Assembly: GCA_947628135.1 (NCBI GenBank)
Contig: CANQYT010000010.1
Location: 151-64,150, forward strand
Source: an uncultured Clostridia bacterium
GTDB taxonomy: Bacteria > Bacillota > Clostridia > Christensenellales > CAG-314
DNA length: 64,000 nt
Direction of reading: 5' to 3'
Part shown: positions 34,649 to 44,570 of the stretch, piece after piece
Layout of the letters: the number at the start of each line of letters is the position of its first letter
Numbering within the stretch: position 1 is the first letter of the stretch
Made by a program: the position numbers and the translations under genes
Notes under the pieces: generated by a model
What the model was told of the DNA's origin: nothing
What the model saw: only the letters and a program-made list of their open reading frames with translations
Databases searched by the model: none

Positions 34649-36934
34649 GTGGAACTGAACGCAAAAGGCACTGTTTTGTCCATCGTTTTTCGCAACGAGG
34701 AAAACGGCTACACCGTACTGAATATGGAAACCGTCGACGGAGACACCGTAACTTGCGTGGGCAATTTTCCCGCTATTTCCGTCGGGGCGGTACTCAACGT
34801 AACGGGCAAACTTTCCGTACACAAAACGTACGGCGAACAGATAGCCGTGGAAAGTTACACCGTTTGCGACCCGACTTCGCGAGCGGGCATTGTGAGGTAT
34901 CTCGCCAGCGGACTTATCAAGGGCGTGGGCGAAGTGACGGCGAACAACATCTACAATATGTTCGGCAACGACACGTTCGGCGTAATCGAACACAACCCGA
35001 TGTTGCTTGCCAACGTCAAGGGCATTTCCAAGAAAAAGGCTATGGACATTGCCAACGCCGTGTCCGAACTCAAATCTATGCAGGAACAGATAATGTTTTT
35101 GCAGAGTTACGGTATAACGGTCAATCTCGCCGTCAAAATTTACAATATTTACAAGTCGGAAACGAAAAACGCTGTACTTGCCAACCCTTACCGTTTGATA
35201 GACGACGTAGATGGGGTGGGGTTTTTGACTGCGGACAGAATCGCTCAATCGATGGGAATAGAACCCGTAAGCGAATTTCGCGTGCGCGCAGCCATCGTGT
35301 ACGGACTGAAAGAAGCCGCCGAAAAACAGGGCAACACCTACCTCGTGTTCGACGATCTTATCGCGGCGTGTTCCGAATTGCTCAAAGTGGACCTCACACT
35401 GTACGGGCAGTTAGTGGAGGACACCGTTGCCAAATTGGTGCTCGAACCCACAGTAAAAGTGTTCGAAACGGACAATAAACGCTGCCTGTCCCTTGTGCGT
35501 TACTACAAGTTGGAAAAATCCGTCGCCACGCGCCTCGTCACGCTCAATCACGACGCGCGCAGGATAATGGTGGACGCGGACGCGCTTATCAAACAGTTCG
35601 AAACGGTACACAACATCGCTTTTCACGCGGGACAATCGGGCGCTGTGAAATCCGCCCTCATCAACGGCGTAACGGTGATAACGGGCGGTCCGGGGACGGG
35701 CAAGACCACGATAATCAAATGTATAGCGGAGATACTCACTTCCTACGGAATGCGTCTGGAATTTTGCGCGCCTACGGGCAGGGCAGCCAAACGGCTTTCG
35801 CAGTCCACGGGCAGCGACGCCAAGACGATACACCGTTTGTTGGGTTTCGAGTCGCACGGCGACAAAATGCAGTTCAAGTACAACCGCAGCAACACTCTCC
35901 CCTGCGACGTCGTGATAGTGGACGAGATGAGTATGATAGACGTTTCTCTTATGTACAGTCTGCTTTCCGCCTTGGAAAACGGCACTCGTCTCGTACTTGT
36001 GGGGGACAAGGACCAACTTCCCAGCGTGGGCGCGGGCAACGTGCTTGCCGACATCATTGCAAGCGGCGTTGTGGAAATACGCTATCTCACCCACATCTAC
36101 CGTCAGTCGGAGGACAGTCTGATAGTTTCCAACGCGCACCTAATCAACAAGGGCAAAATGCCGGAGATCAACAACCGCAGCAGAGACTTTTTCGTGATGA
36201 ACTACAACGATTTCCGACAGGTCTCGGATACGGTGGTGGAGTTGGTAACTACGCGCCTGCCCAAGTTTACGGGGCTGCCGTCGTCGGAAATTCAGGTGTT
36301 GGGCGCGCTCAAAAGCGGCGTGGCGGGGGTGGAAAACCTCAATCTGCGCTTGCAGCAGGCGCTCAATCCGCGCGTCTACGGCAAAAACGAACTAAACGTA
36401 GGCAAAAGCGTCCTGCGCGAAGGGGACAGGGTGATGCAAACGGTCAACAACTATGAGTTGCCCTTCGTGCGCTTCAACAACGACGGCACAAGTACCGAGG
36501 GCGCGGGCGTTTTCAACGGCGACATCGGCTTTGTGCGGCGAATCGACAGGGCAAACGGCATTGTGGAAGTCGCCCTCGACGACAATCGTATCGCCACGTA
36601 TACGGAGACGGAACTCGGCGATCTGCAACTTGCGTACGCGGTCACCGTCCACAAAAGTCAAGGCAGCGAATTCGAAGTGGTAGTCGTGCCCCTTGTCAGC
36701 GGTCCGCCTACGATAATCAACAAAAATTTACTGTACACCGCAATTACCCGCGCCAAACGCGCGGTGGTGCTTGTCGGCAGTAAAAAGGTGCTTGCGATGA
36801 TGGTCCACAACAACTACGTCGCGGCGCGTACCACCAATCTGCGCAGGTTTTTGCAGGAAGAAAACGCACTGCATCAACGCTTTTTCGGGACGGCTGTGCC
36901 CAACGGCTCGTTTGACGCCGACGGCGATGAGTAA
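34649..36934 (+). CDS. recD2: RecD2/YrrC-type SF1B ATP-dependent DNA helicase
   Basis: GTG start. Walker A ITGGPGTGKTT, Walker B VIVDEMSMID, LVGDKDQLPSVGAGNV, AVTVHKSQGSEF. N-terminal OB/HhH region typical of YrrC. Confidence 0.9.
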   Translation: MELNAKGTVLSIVFRNEENGYTVLNMETVDGDTVTCVGNFPAISVGAVLNVTGKLSVHKTYGEQIAVESYTVCDPTSRAGIVRYLASGLIKGVGEVTANNIYNMFGNDTFGVIEHNPMLLANVKGISKKKAMDIANAVSELKSMQEQIMFLQSYGITVNLAVKIYNIYKSETKNAVLANPYRLIDDVDGVGFLTADRIAQSMGIEPVSEFRVRAAIVYGLKEAAEKQGNTYLVFDDLIAACSELLKVDLTLYGQLVEDTVAKLVLEPTVKVFETDNKRCLSLVRYYKLEKSVATRLVTLNHDARRIMVDADALIKQFETVHNIAFHAGQSGAVKSALINGVTVITGGPGTGKTTIIKCIAEILTSYGMRLEFCAPTGRAAKRLSQSTGSDAKTIHRLLGFESHGDKMQFKYNRSNTLPCDVVIVDEMSMIDVSLMYSLLSALENGTRLVLVGDKDQLPSVGAGNVLADIIASGVVEIRYLTHIYRQSEDSLIVSNAHLINKGKMPEINNRSRDFFVMNYNDFRQVSDTVVELVTTRLPKFTGLPSSEIQVLGALKSGVAGVENLNLRLQQALNPRVYGKNELNVGKSVLREGDRVMQTVNNYELPFVRFNNDGTSTEGAGVFNGDIGFVRRIDRANGIVEVALDDNRIATYTETELGDLQLAYAVTVHKSQGSEFEVVVVPLVSGPPTIINKNLLYTAITRAKRAVVLVGSKKVLAMMVHNNYVAARTTNLRRFLQEENALHQRFFGTAVPNGSFDADGDE

Positions 36935-37667
36935 AAGGACGCGTTTTCTGCGCGAATTGTTCGCGCCGATGCAATTCCGTTGCGTTTGCTGCGGCAAAGA
37001 CGTATTCGACGAAACGGGATTTTGCGAGCAATGCAAAAAGGACGTCGCGTACAACAACGGCAAAACGTGCAAGCGTTGCGGCGTGGCGATAGAGGGCGAA
37101 GAGGACTACTGCGGAAACTGCGCTTTCGACAAAATTTATTTCGACCGCGCCTACTCTCCGTTTTGCTACGAGGGAGTGATACGGGACGTTATCCTCGCGA
37201 TGAAGTTCAACAACCTCGGCGGCAACGCCGCAGTGTTGGCGCGTTACCTCGTGTACGTCGCGCAAAGGGAACATCTCGTTTACGACGCGGTCACTTACGC
37301 GCCTATGTCCCGAGCTTCCTACAAAAAACGCGGTTACAATCAGGCGCGCTTGCTTGCTGAAGAATTTTGTGCTATACTGAACAATACGGATCTGCTTGCG
37401 GAGTGCATAGTAAAGGTGCGCGACACCGAACCGCAGGAAAAACTGTCCCGTGCGGAACGCAAGACCAATCTGACGGGCAGTTATCGAATCCACCCCGCGG
37501 CGGACGTAAAGGGCAAGCGCGTGCTGGTGATAGACGACGTCAAAACCACCGGCGCAACGCTCAACGAATGCGCCAAAGCGCTCAAACGCGCGGGCGCTGC
37601 GGAAGTGATTGCGCTCACCGTCGCTTCGCGCAGAGAAAATTTCGACTACGAAAAGTCACAGGAGTAA
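36927..37667 (+). CDS. comFC: ComF family protein (ComFC, phosphoribosyltransferase-like with N-terminal zinc ribbon)
   Basis: CVCCGKD...FCEQCKKD...CKRCG...YCGNC, then the PRT motif VLVIDDVKTTGATL. ATG 36927 preferred over the TTG at 36912. Confidence 0.85.
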   Translation: MSKRTRFLRELFAPMQFRCVCCGKDVFDETGFCEQCKKDVAYNNGKTCKRCGVAIEGEEDYCGNCAFDKIYFDRAYSPFCYEGVIRDVILAMKFNNLGGNAAVLARYLVYVAQREHLVYDAVTYAPMSRASYKKRGYNQARLLAEEFCAILNNTDLLAECIVKVRDTEPQEKLSRAERKTNLTGSYRIHPAADVKGKRVLVIDDVKTTGATLNECAKALKRAGAAEVIALTVASRRENFDYEKSQE

Positions 37668-37670
37668 TAT

Positions 37671-40600
37671 ATGAAAGAAAACTACGGCAGAGCCAACGCC
37701 AAAGCGCTCAAAAAGTTGAGCAAGACGGTAAACCTCGTAAACCAATGCGAGGCGAAGTACGCCGCTATGTCCGACGCGGAATTGCGTGGTCAAACGCAGA
37801 TATTGCGCGACAGGCTGAACGGCGGCGCTACCTTGGACGAATTGCTGCCCGACGCTTACGCCGTTTGCCGCGAGGCGGCGCACCGCACTCTCGGTCAGCG
37901 TCACTTCGACGTGCAGGTAATGGGCGGAATAGCGTTGCATCAGGGGCGTATCTGTCAGATGGCAACGGGCGAAGGAAAGACGCTCACGGAAACTTTGCCC
38001 GCGTACCTCAACGCGCTCACGGGCAAGGGCGTACACATAGTCACCGTCAACGAATATCTCGCCAAGCGCGATATGGAGTGGATGGGGCAGGTATTCGGAT
38101 TTCTCGGGCTGACCGTCGGCGTAACGCTCAGCGGACAGGAATTCAAGGAAAAACTTGCCGCTTACGCCTGCGACATCACCTACGGCACAAACAGCGAGTT
38201 CGGTTTCGACTACCTGCGCGACAATATGGCGGTTTCCCGCGACGAGCGCGTACAGCGCGGACTGAATTTCGTCATCATCGACGAGGTGGACAGCATATTG
38301 ATAGACGAAGCGCGCACGCCCCTCATCATCAGCGGGCGAGGCGAAAAGCCCGGACCGATGTACGACAAAGCGCACGAATTTGTTCTTACGCTCAAATCGT
38401 CCACCAACGTGGATATGGAGGGGCAGGTCAAGGACGAGTACTTCTGCTCGGAGTGCGGCAAGTCCACCCTTTCCGACAGACAGCCCGACTCCTGTTCCCA
38501 CTGCGGCGCGCCCGCGGAAAAACTTACTCTGCGCGAGCCTATCTACTACGAGGACATAGCCGACAGTTTGCACAATCGCGGCGATGAGGATGAGGAACAA
38601 AGCCGAAAACGCACCCCCATTCCCAACGGAGACTACATTCTCGACGAGAAAGACCGCACGGTCCGTCTGACCGAGTTGGGCGTGTTGAAGGCGCAACGCC
38701 GTTTCGACGTAGACAATCTTTCCTCTCCCGAAAACACCGAACTCAACCATTACATCAACAACGCATTGCACGCGCAGTTTGTGATGAACAAGGGCGTAGA
38801 CTACATCGTTGAGAACAGAAAAGTCATCATCGTGGACAACTTTACGGGGCGCAAGATGATAGGCAGACGTTTCAGCAACGGTCTGCATCAAGCGATAGAG
38901 GCCAAGGAACACGTCACGATCCAGCCGGAGGACAAAACCGTCGCAACCATAACCTTGCAAAACTATTTCCGTCTGTATCGCAAAATGAGCGGTATGACGG
39001 GTACTGCAAAGACGGAAGAAAAGGAGTTCAACGCCATTTACAACGTGGACGTGGTGGTGATACCCACCAACAAACCGGTAAAGCGCGTTGACCACGAAGA
39101 CCAGTTCTATTCCACGCGCGAGGGCAAACTGCGCGCGATCGTGGCTAAGATAATGGAATGTCACGCCAAGGGACAGCCCGTTCTCGTAGGTACTACCAGC
39201 GTGGAAAAGAGCATAGAGTTGGGCGCGCGTCTCAAAAAGAGCGGCGTCGCTTCCAAAGATCTTGTAACTTTGCTCAACGCGCGATCCAAGGAAGAACAGG
39301 AAGCCATTGCCATTGCCAAGGCGGGTATGCCCGGCGCGATAACCATCGCCACCAATATGGCGGGGCGCGGAACGGACATTCTGTTGGGCGGCGGCGATCC
39401 GCACCCCCTTGCGCGCAAGCAATTCATCAACGAATTGAAGGAAAACGCTCAAAAGAACAAAAACAAGCACGTCAAGCAGGAGTTCAAAGACAAAAACGGG
39501 CAAATTGTCAGCGAGATACAACTTGCGCTTGCAATGGCGACAGACCCCGACTACAACAGTGCGGACGCGTTGCATTACCGTGCAAGATACAATCAAATTT
39601 ACGAACAATATGCCAAAACTTTCCGCGAAGGGCGGCAAAAGGTGTTGGACGCGGGCGGACTGTTTGTTATAGGTACGGAACGTCACGACGCGCGCCGCAT
39701 AGACAACCAGTTGCGAGGACGTTCGGGACGTCAGGGCGACCCCGGCGAAAGTATGTTCTTCATCTCCGCCGAGGACGATATGATGCGCGTGCGCGCCAAC
39801 GACTTGTTGCAACGGGCAATGGCGTTTGTGAAGTTCGACGAGGACGTGCCCATTCAGTCGCGTATGATCACCAAAGCGGTGGAAATCGCGCAAAAACGCA
39901 TAGAGGGGCTGCACTTTTCCGCCCGTAAAAACGTGTTGCAGTACGACGACGTCAACAATCAGCAGCGCAAAGTCATCTACAAGGAGCGCGACCGCATAAT
40001 GGACACCGAGGACATTCACGCGGATATTCTCGCAATGGTGCCCGACTACGCGCGTTACGCGCTTGCCGAAGCGTGCGACAGCAACGAAAACGTGGGCGAT
40101 TGGAATCTCGACAAAGTCAACGACATACTCAAAGGATTTTTCCTTTGCAAAGAGGGCGAGCAACTTGTTTGCGCGGACGATCTCGCAAGCGCAAGGCACG
40201 TGTGCAATTTGCTGTCCGAACGTCTCACAGAATTTTTCAACGAGCGGCTCGAAGAAGCGGGCGACTACGCCAAGTACTTCTACAAGTTGGAGCGCGACGT
40301 TTTGTTGCGCACAATGGACAAACTGTGGATAGACCACATCGACGCGTTGGACGACCTTCGTCAGGGCGTAGGTCTGCAAGCGATAGGACAGCACGACCCG
40401 CTTGCCGTCTACAAGAAAGAGGCGTACGATATGTTCGACGCTCTCAACGAACAGATCAAGGTCCAGACGTTGCGCCAACTGATACTCAATATGGGCAACA
40501 AAGAGCGTATGCTGCGCATATTGAAATGGCACGCCGAAAGAAACGACGCGGCGGTCAACGCGCAAAACGAGAGTGCGAAAAAGGAACACTCGGCAGCAGA

Positions 40601-40742
40601 ATCGGCAACGGAATCGGCAGCGGCAGCAAAAGACCCCGACGCTCCTATGACCAATCAGGAACGTTGGGCGGAAGCGCGCCGCCTCCGCGATGAGCAAAAC
40701 GCGCTTAAACGCGCGCAGGTTCTTACCAAAAAACGCAAGTAA
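37671..40742 (+). CDS. secA: preprotein translocase ATPase SecA (with PPXD-region insertion)
   Basis: MATGEGKTL, VNEYLAKRD, FVIIDEVDSILIDEARTPLIISG, MTGTA, ATNMAGRGTDI, RIDNQLRGRSGRQGDPG. Confidence 0.97.
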   Translation: MKENYGRANAKALKKLSKTVNLVNQCEAKYAAMSDAELRGQTQILRDRLNGGATLDELLPDAYAVCREAAHRTLGQRHFDVQVMGGIALHQGRICQMATGEGKTLTETLPAYLNALTGKGVHIVTVNEYLAKRDMEWMGQVFGFLGLTVGVTLSGQEFKEKLAAYACDITYGTNSEFGFDYLRDNMAVSRDERVQRGLNFVIIDEVDSILIDEARTPLIISGRGEKPGPMYDKAHEFVLTLKSSTNVDMEGQVKDEYFCSECGKSTLSDRQPDSCSHCGAPAEKLTLREPIYYEDIADSLHNRGDEDEEQSRKRTPIPNGDYILDEKDRTVRLTELGVLKAQRRFDVDNLSSPENTELNHYINNALHAQFVMNKGVDYIVENRKVIIVDNFTGRKMIGRRFSNGLHQAIEAKEHVTIQPEDKTVATITLQNYFRLYRKMSGMTGTAKTEEKEFNAIYNVDVVVIPTNKPVKRVDHEDQFYSTREGKLRAIVAKIMECHAKGQPVLVGTTSVEKSIELGARLKKSGVASKDLVTLLNARSKEEQEAIAIAKAGMPGAITIATNMAGRGTDILLGGGDPHPLARKQFINELKENAQKNKNKHVKQEFKDKNGQIVSEIQLALAMATDPDYNSADALHYRARYNQIYEQYAKTFREGRQKVLDAGGLFVIGTERHDARRIDNQLRGRSGRQGDPGESMFFISAEDDMMRVRANDLLQRAMAFVKFDEDVPIQSRMITKAVEIAQKRIEGLHFSARKNVLQYDDVNNQQRKVIYKERDRIMDTEDIHADILAMVPDYARYALAEACDSNENVGDWNLDKVNDILKGFFLCKEGEQLVCADDLASARHVCNLLSERLTEFFNERLEEAGDYAKYFYKLERDVLLRTMDKLWIDHIDALDDLRQGVGLQAIGQHDPLAVYKKEAYDMFDALNEQIKVQTLRQLILNMGNKERMLRILKWHAERNDAAVNAQNESAKKEHSAAESATESAAAAKDPDAPMTNQERWAEARRLRDEQNALKRAQVLTKKRK

Positions 40743-40743
40743 T

Positions 40744-41838
40744 ATGATACAGATAGACGAACTGAAAATCAAAGTAAAGGATCTTCAATCCAAACTTCAC
40801 GGCATAGGCGAAAGTCTCAACGTTCCCAAGTTGCAGGAGGAACTTGCCGCTCTCACCGAGCAGCAGCACCGCGCCGACTTTTGGGAGGACGTAAAAAACG
40901 CTCAACAAGTCAGTCAGCGCGCAAAGAACGTGGAGGACAGAATCTCCTCCTACGGCAAACTGTGCAAACGGCTTGCCGACGTGAGCGACCTCATCGAACT
41001 GTGCGACGGCGACGAAGCGATGCTTGCGGAAACCGCCGACGAACTGAACAGAATAGACGTTGACGTAAACGAAATGCACGTAACGACTCTGCTCAACGGC
41101 AAATTCGATATGAACAACGCCATTTGCACCCTTCACGCGGGCGCAGGCGGCACTGAGGCGCAGGATTGGGTGCAAATGCTGTACCGAATGTACACGCGCT
41201 ACTGCGAGCGCCGCGGTTACAAATACACCGAGTTGGACCGTTTGGACGGCGAGGAGGCGGGTATAAAGTCCGTCACTTTCAAAGTGGACGGCGCAAACGC
41301 CTACGGTTATCTCAAAGCGGAAAAGGGCGTACACCGTTTGGTGCGCATTTCTCCTTTCGACGCAAACAAACGCCGTCACACAAGTTTCGCCAGCCTCGAA
41401 GTGATGCCGGAACTTGCCTCCGACGGCGAAATAGTCATCGACGACAAGGACTTGAAGATAGACACATATCGCAGCAGCGGCGCGGGCGGACAGCACGTCA
41501 ACAAGACGGAAAGCGCGATACGTATCACTCACCTGCCCACGGGTATCGTCGTCGCCTGTCAGAACGAGCGCAGTCAGATACAGAACCGCGAGCAGGCTAT
41601 GATGATGCTGCGCAGCAAACTTGCCGAACTCAAAGAGCGCGAGCAGATGGAAGAAGCGGCGGCTATCAAGGGCGAAATCAAAAAAATCGAATGGGGCAGT
41701 CAGATACGTTCCTACGTGTTCTGTCCCTACACTTTGGTAAAGGATCACCGCACCAACTTCGAAAATCCCAACGTCGGCGACGTAATGGACGGAAATATAC
41801 AGCCCTTCATCGAGGACTATCTTACAAAGGCGTTTTGA
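40744..41838 (+). CDS. prfB: peptide chain release factor 2, encoded without programmed frameshift
   Basis: SPF tripeptide (VRISPFD) and GGQ (SGAGGQHVNKTESA). Uninterrupted frame from ATG 40744. The ORF-track start at 40690 lies inside secA. Confidence 0.93.
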   Translation: MIQIDELKIKVKDLQSKLHGIGESLNVPKLQEELAALTEQQHRADFWEDVKNAQQVSQRAKNVEDRISSYGKLCKRLADVSDLIELCDGDEAMLAETADELNRIDVDVNEMHVTTLLNGKFDMNNAICTLHAGAGGTEAQDWVQMLYRMYTRYCERRGYKYTELDRLDGEEAGIKSVTFKVDGANAYGYLKAEKGVHRLVRISPFDANKRRHTSFASLEVMPELASDGEIVIDDKDLKIDTYRSSGAGGQHVNKTESAIRITHLPTGIVVACQNERSQIQNREQAMMMLRSKLAELKEREQMEEAAAIKGEIKKIEWGSQIRSYVFCPYTLVKDHRTNFENPNVGDVMDGNIQPFIEDYLTKAF

Positions 41839-41841
41839 TAT

Positions 41842-42687
41842 ATGAAGAAAATAACTCGGCAATTTTATATGGGCGAACGCGCCCTGTTTGCGGTAAAAGA
41901 TCTGCACCTCGTCGAGTGTACGTTCGACGCCGGCGAGTCCCCCTTGAAAGAAAGCGACAATTTGCTGTGCGACGAATGTCTGTTCAAATGGAAGTATCCT
42001 CTGTGGTACTGCAACGACGTTTCCGTCAACGACAGCACGCTGTTTTCCACGGCGCGCGCGGGCGTTTGGTACACACGCAACGTTTCTTTCAGCCGCTGCG
42101 TTGTGGAAGCGCCCAAAACTTTCCGCAGGTCCGTCGGGGTAACGCTCACCGACGTAACGCTGTCCGACGCTGCCGAAACGCTTTGGAATTGCACCGACGT
42201 AACTCTCAACAACGTGACGGCGCGCGGCACTTATTTCGCAATGGGGTGCAAAAACGTTGTCTGCGACAACCTCACTCTCACGGGCGACTACTGTTTCGAC
42301 GGCGCGGAAAACGTCACAATACGCAACTCACGCTTGCTCAGCAAGGACAGTTTCTGGAATTCCTCAAACGTCACTGTGAGCGACAGTTTCATTTCGGGGG
42401 AGTACCTCTGTTGGAACGCCCGCAACATAACTTTCGTCAATTGCACGTTGGAAAGTTTGCAGGGGCTTTGCTATGTGGACGGGCTGAAATTGGTAAATTG
42501 CAAACTCATCAACACGACGCGCGCTTTCGAGTACAGTTCGGTAAACGCAGAGATAACGGGCAGTGTGGACAGCATTGTAAACCCCGCCAGCGGCAGTATC
42601 GTCGCCGACGGTGTGGGCAGTCTCACTCTTGACAAACGCTACATAAACCCGACCGACGTCACGGTAAAGATAAGGGAGAGCAAATGA
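41842..42687 (+). CDS. DUF3737-like beta-helix repeat protein
   Basis: 281-aa ORF. Repetitive N(V/I)T(L/F/V).N/D pattern and GESPLKES...KYPLWY, as I recall for DUF3737. Family assignment is from memory only. Confidence 0.6.
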   Translation: MKKITRQFYMGERALFAVKDLHLVECTFDAGESPLKESDNLLCDECLFKWKYPLWYCNDVSVNDSTLFSTARAGVWYTRNVSFSRCVVEAPKTFRRSVGVTLTDVTLSDAAETLWNCTDVTLNNVTARGTYFAMGCKNVVCDNLTLTGDYCFDGAENVTIRNSRLLSKDSFWNSSNVTVSDSFISGEYLCWNARNITFVNCTLESLQGLCYVDGLKLVNCKLINTTRAFEYSSVNAEITGSVDSIVNPASGSIVADGVGSLTLDKRYINPTDVTVKIRESK

Positions 42688-43850
42688 CAATTTTCGACAA
42701 AACCGTAAATCGGCGCAACACCGACTCTCTCAAATGGAACGTCGGCGAAGGCGAATTGCCTATGTGGGTGGCGGATATGGATTTCAAGACCGCCCCCTGC
42801 GTAACGGCGGCAGTAGTGGACAAAGCCAAACGCGGCGTATTCGGCTACGAGGAAGTGCCCGAGAGTTGGTACGACGCTTATCGCTGCTGGTGGGCGGCGC
42901 GCCACGGCTGGCATATCGAGCGCGAATGGTTGTGTTTCACTACGGGGGTAGTACCCGCTATCACGAGCGGCGTAAAGTGCTTGACTGCCGTCGGAGACGG
43001 CGTTTGCGTGATGACGCCCGTCTACGACATTTTTTTTCATTCGATAGAGAACACAGGCAGGCGCGTAGCCGAAAGTCCGCTTACTTACGACGGCGAGACG
43101 TACGGAATCGATTTCGACGGGCTGGAATCCGTTTTGCGGCAACCTCGTACCACCCTGTTGATACTATGCAACCCCGCAAATCCCGTCGGACGCGTGTGGA
43201 GCAGGGAAGAACTTGCCAAGGTGGGGCAGTTGTGCGCACGGCACGGCGTCACCGTCTTTTCCGACGAGATACACTGCGACCTCACCGAGCCGAACGTGGG
43301 TTACGTTCCCTTTGCGTCCGCTTCTCCCGTGTGCGCGGAAATTTCGGTGACGGCTGTTTCCGCAAGCAAGGCGTTCAACCTTGCGGGGATGCAGTCGGCG
43401 GCGGTAGTCGTGCCCAACGCGCAGTTACGCGAAAAAGTGGTGCGCGCGCTCAATCACGACGAGATAGCCGAACCCAATTCTTTCGCTTGCACGGCGGCAG
43501 TAGCGGCGTTTACGTCGGGCGGGCAATGGTTGGACGAACTGCGCGCTTATTTAAGCGGCAATCGCAAATACGCCGAGCGGTTTGTTCGGGCGCATATCCC
43601 GCAGGTAAAACTTACCGCGCAATGCGCCACCTATTTGCTGTGGCTGGATTGCTCCGCCGTGACGGACGATTCCGAAGCGCTGTGCGATCACATTCGCAAA
43701 ACAACGGGACTGTATCTCAATTGCGGCGCAAAATACCGCGGCAACGGACGTTACTTCCTTCGGATAAACGTCGCTTGTCCCCGTTCCGTTTTGCGCGACG
43801 GACTGCGCCGTCTGAAAGAGGGCATTGCGGACTACGTTGAAGCAAAATAG
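42684..43850 (+). CDS. PatB/MalY-type PLP-dependent C-S lyase (class I/II aminotransferase fold)
   Basis: N-terminus FDKTVNRRNTDSLKW, NPANPVGRVW, and PLP-lysine context SASKAFNLAG. Confidence 0.85.
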   Translation: MTIFDKTVNRRNTDSLKWNVGEGELPMWVADMDFKTAPCVTAAVVDKAKRGVFGYEEVPESWYDAYRCWWAARHGWHIEREWLCFTTGVVPAITSGVKCLTAVGDGVCVMTPVYDIFFHSIENTGRRVAESPLTYDGETYGIDFDGLESVLRQPRTTLLILCNPANPVGRVWSREELAKVGQLCARHGVTVFSDEIHCDLTEPNVGYVPFASASPVCAEISVTAVSASKAFNLAGMQSAAVVVPNAQLREKVVRALNHDEIAEPNSFACTAAVAAFTSGGQWLDELRAYLSGNRKYAERFVRAHIPQVKLTAQCATYLLWLDCSAVTDDSEALCDHIRKTTGLYLNCGAKYRGNGRYFLRINVACPRSVLRDGLRRLKEGIADYVEAK

Positions 43851-43904
43851 ATTTTTGTTTGGGGTCACATCAAAAAAATTTATGCTAAAACGCCGTCAAA
43901 AAAG

Positions 43905-43933
43905 TTGTTAGTTAAAAGTTATTGTGCTATAAT
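43905..43933 (+). promoter_or_regulatory. sigma-A-type promoter upstream of the FMN-binding protein gene
   Basis: TTGTTA (43905-43910), 17-nt spacer, TATAAT (43928-43933). Confidence 0.5.
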
Positions 43934-44044
43934 AGCACCGTAAAACGAACTTTGCCCCATATAGGTGCAATTTCGTTACTGAGTAAGGATTTCTCGGCGA
44001 AAGCCTCGAAATACAAAAAATATATTTTTTGAAGGAGAAACAAA

Positions 44045-44512
44045 ATGAAAAAGATACTTGTTATTGCTCTTGCGGCAATCTTGGTAGTATCCGCTGTTTG
44101 CGTTCTTGCCGCTTGCGGTGAGGAACAAAAGGTTACCGGTTCTGTCGATTATACATCTTGGTCTACCCACTATGGTACGAAAGTTGATGTAGTCGTAAAG
44201 GGCGGCGTAATCAAATCTGTTACGTTGTACGATGATGAAGATACGAATTGGGTTCGTACTTCTACCGGTTGGACAGAGGGTCAACACCCCGGCGACCTTG
44301 GCTTCACAAAAGCGGAAGCAGCTTATGAAAAATGGATCAATGACAACCTTGTCGGACAAAAAGTTGACACCGTGTTGGGTTGGGATGTAACCGTAACCGC
44401 TGACGAGCAAACCGTCGATAAGGAGAGTGTACCCCACATTACAGGCGCTACGCAATCCTCCGCTCGCATAATTGCGGCTGTTCAAGACGCCCTCGGCAAA
44501 CTTGACAAATAA
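44045..44512 (+). CDS. FMN-binding-domain lipoprotein (ApbE flavinylation substrate)
   Basis: Lipobox VLAACG. C-terminal HITGATQSSARII fits the flavinylation motif (TGAT) of FMN_bind domains. Confidence 0.8.
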   Translation: MKKILVIALAAILVVSAVCVLAACGEEQKVTGSVDYTSWSTHYGTKVDVVVKGGVIKSVTLYDDEDTNWVRTSTGWTEGQHPGDLGFTKAEAAYEKWINDNLVGQKVDTVLGWDVTVTADEQTVDKESVPHITGATQSSARIIAAVQDALGKLDK

Positions 44513-44530
44513 TTAAGCGCAAAATTGCTA

Positions 44531-44564
44531 AAAAAACTCGATTCCAACGAATCGAGTTTTTTTT
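44531..44564. terminator. bidirectional intrinsic terminator
   Basis: A-tract, CTCGATT-ccaacg-AATCGAG stem, then T8. Confidence 0.8.
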
Positions 44565-44570
44565 GTACTC

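Noticed and set aside
33335-35248. 637-aa ORF on the minus strand opposite metK and recD2
   Set aside because: The plus strand carries unmistakable metK and recD2 motifs. The antisense product is Arg/Val/His-rich low-complexity sequence, typical of shadow ORFs in GC-rich DNA.
37656-40772. 1038-aa minus-strand ORF and several alternative-frame plus-strand ORFs (for example 37367-38587, 39158-39928, 40073-40693) overlapping secA
   Set aside because: secA is unambiguous in its own frame. The others are Arg-rich, lack RBSs and family motifs, and are stop-codon-poor only because of GC bias.
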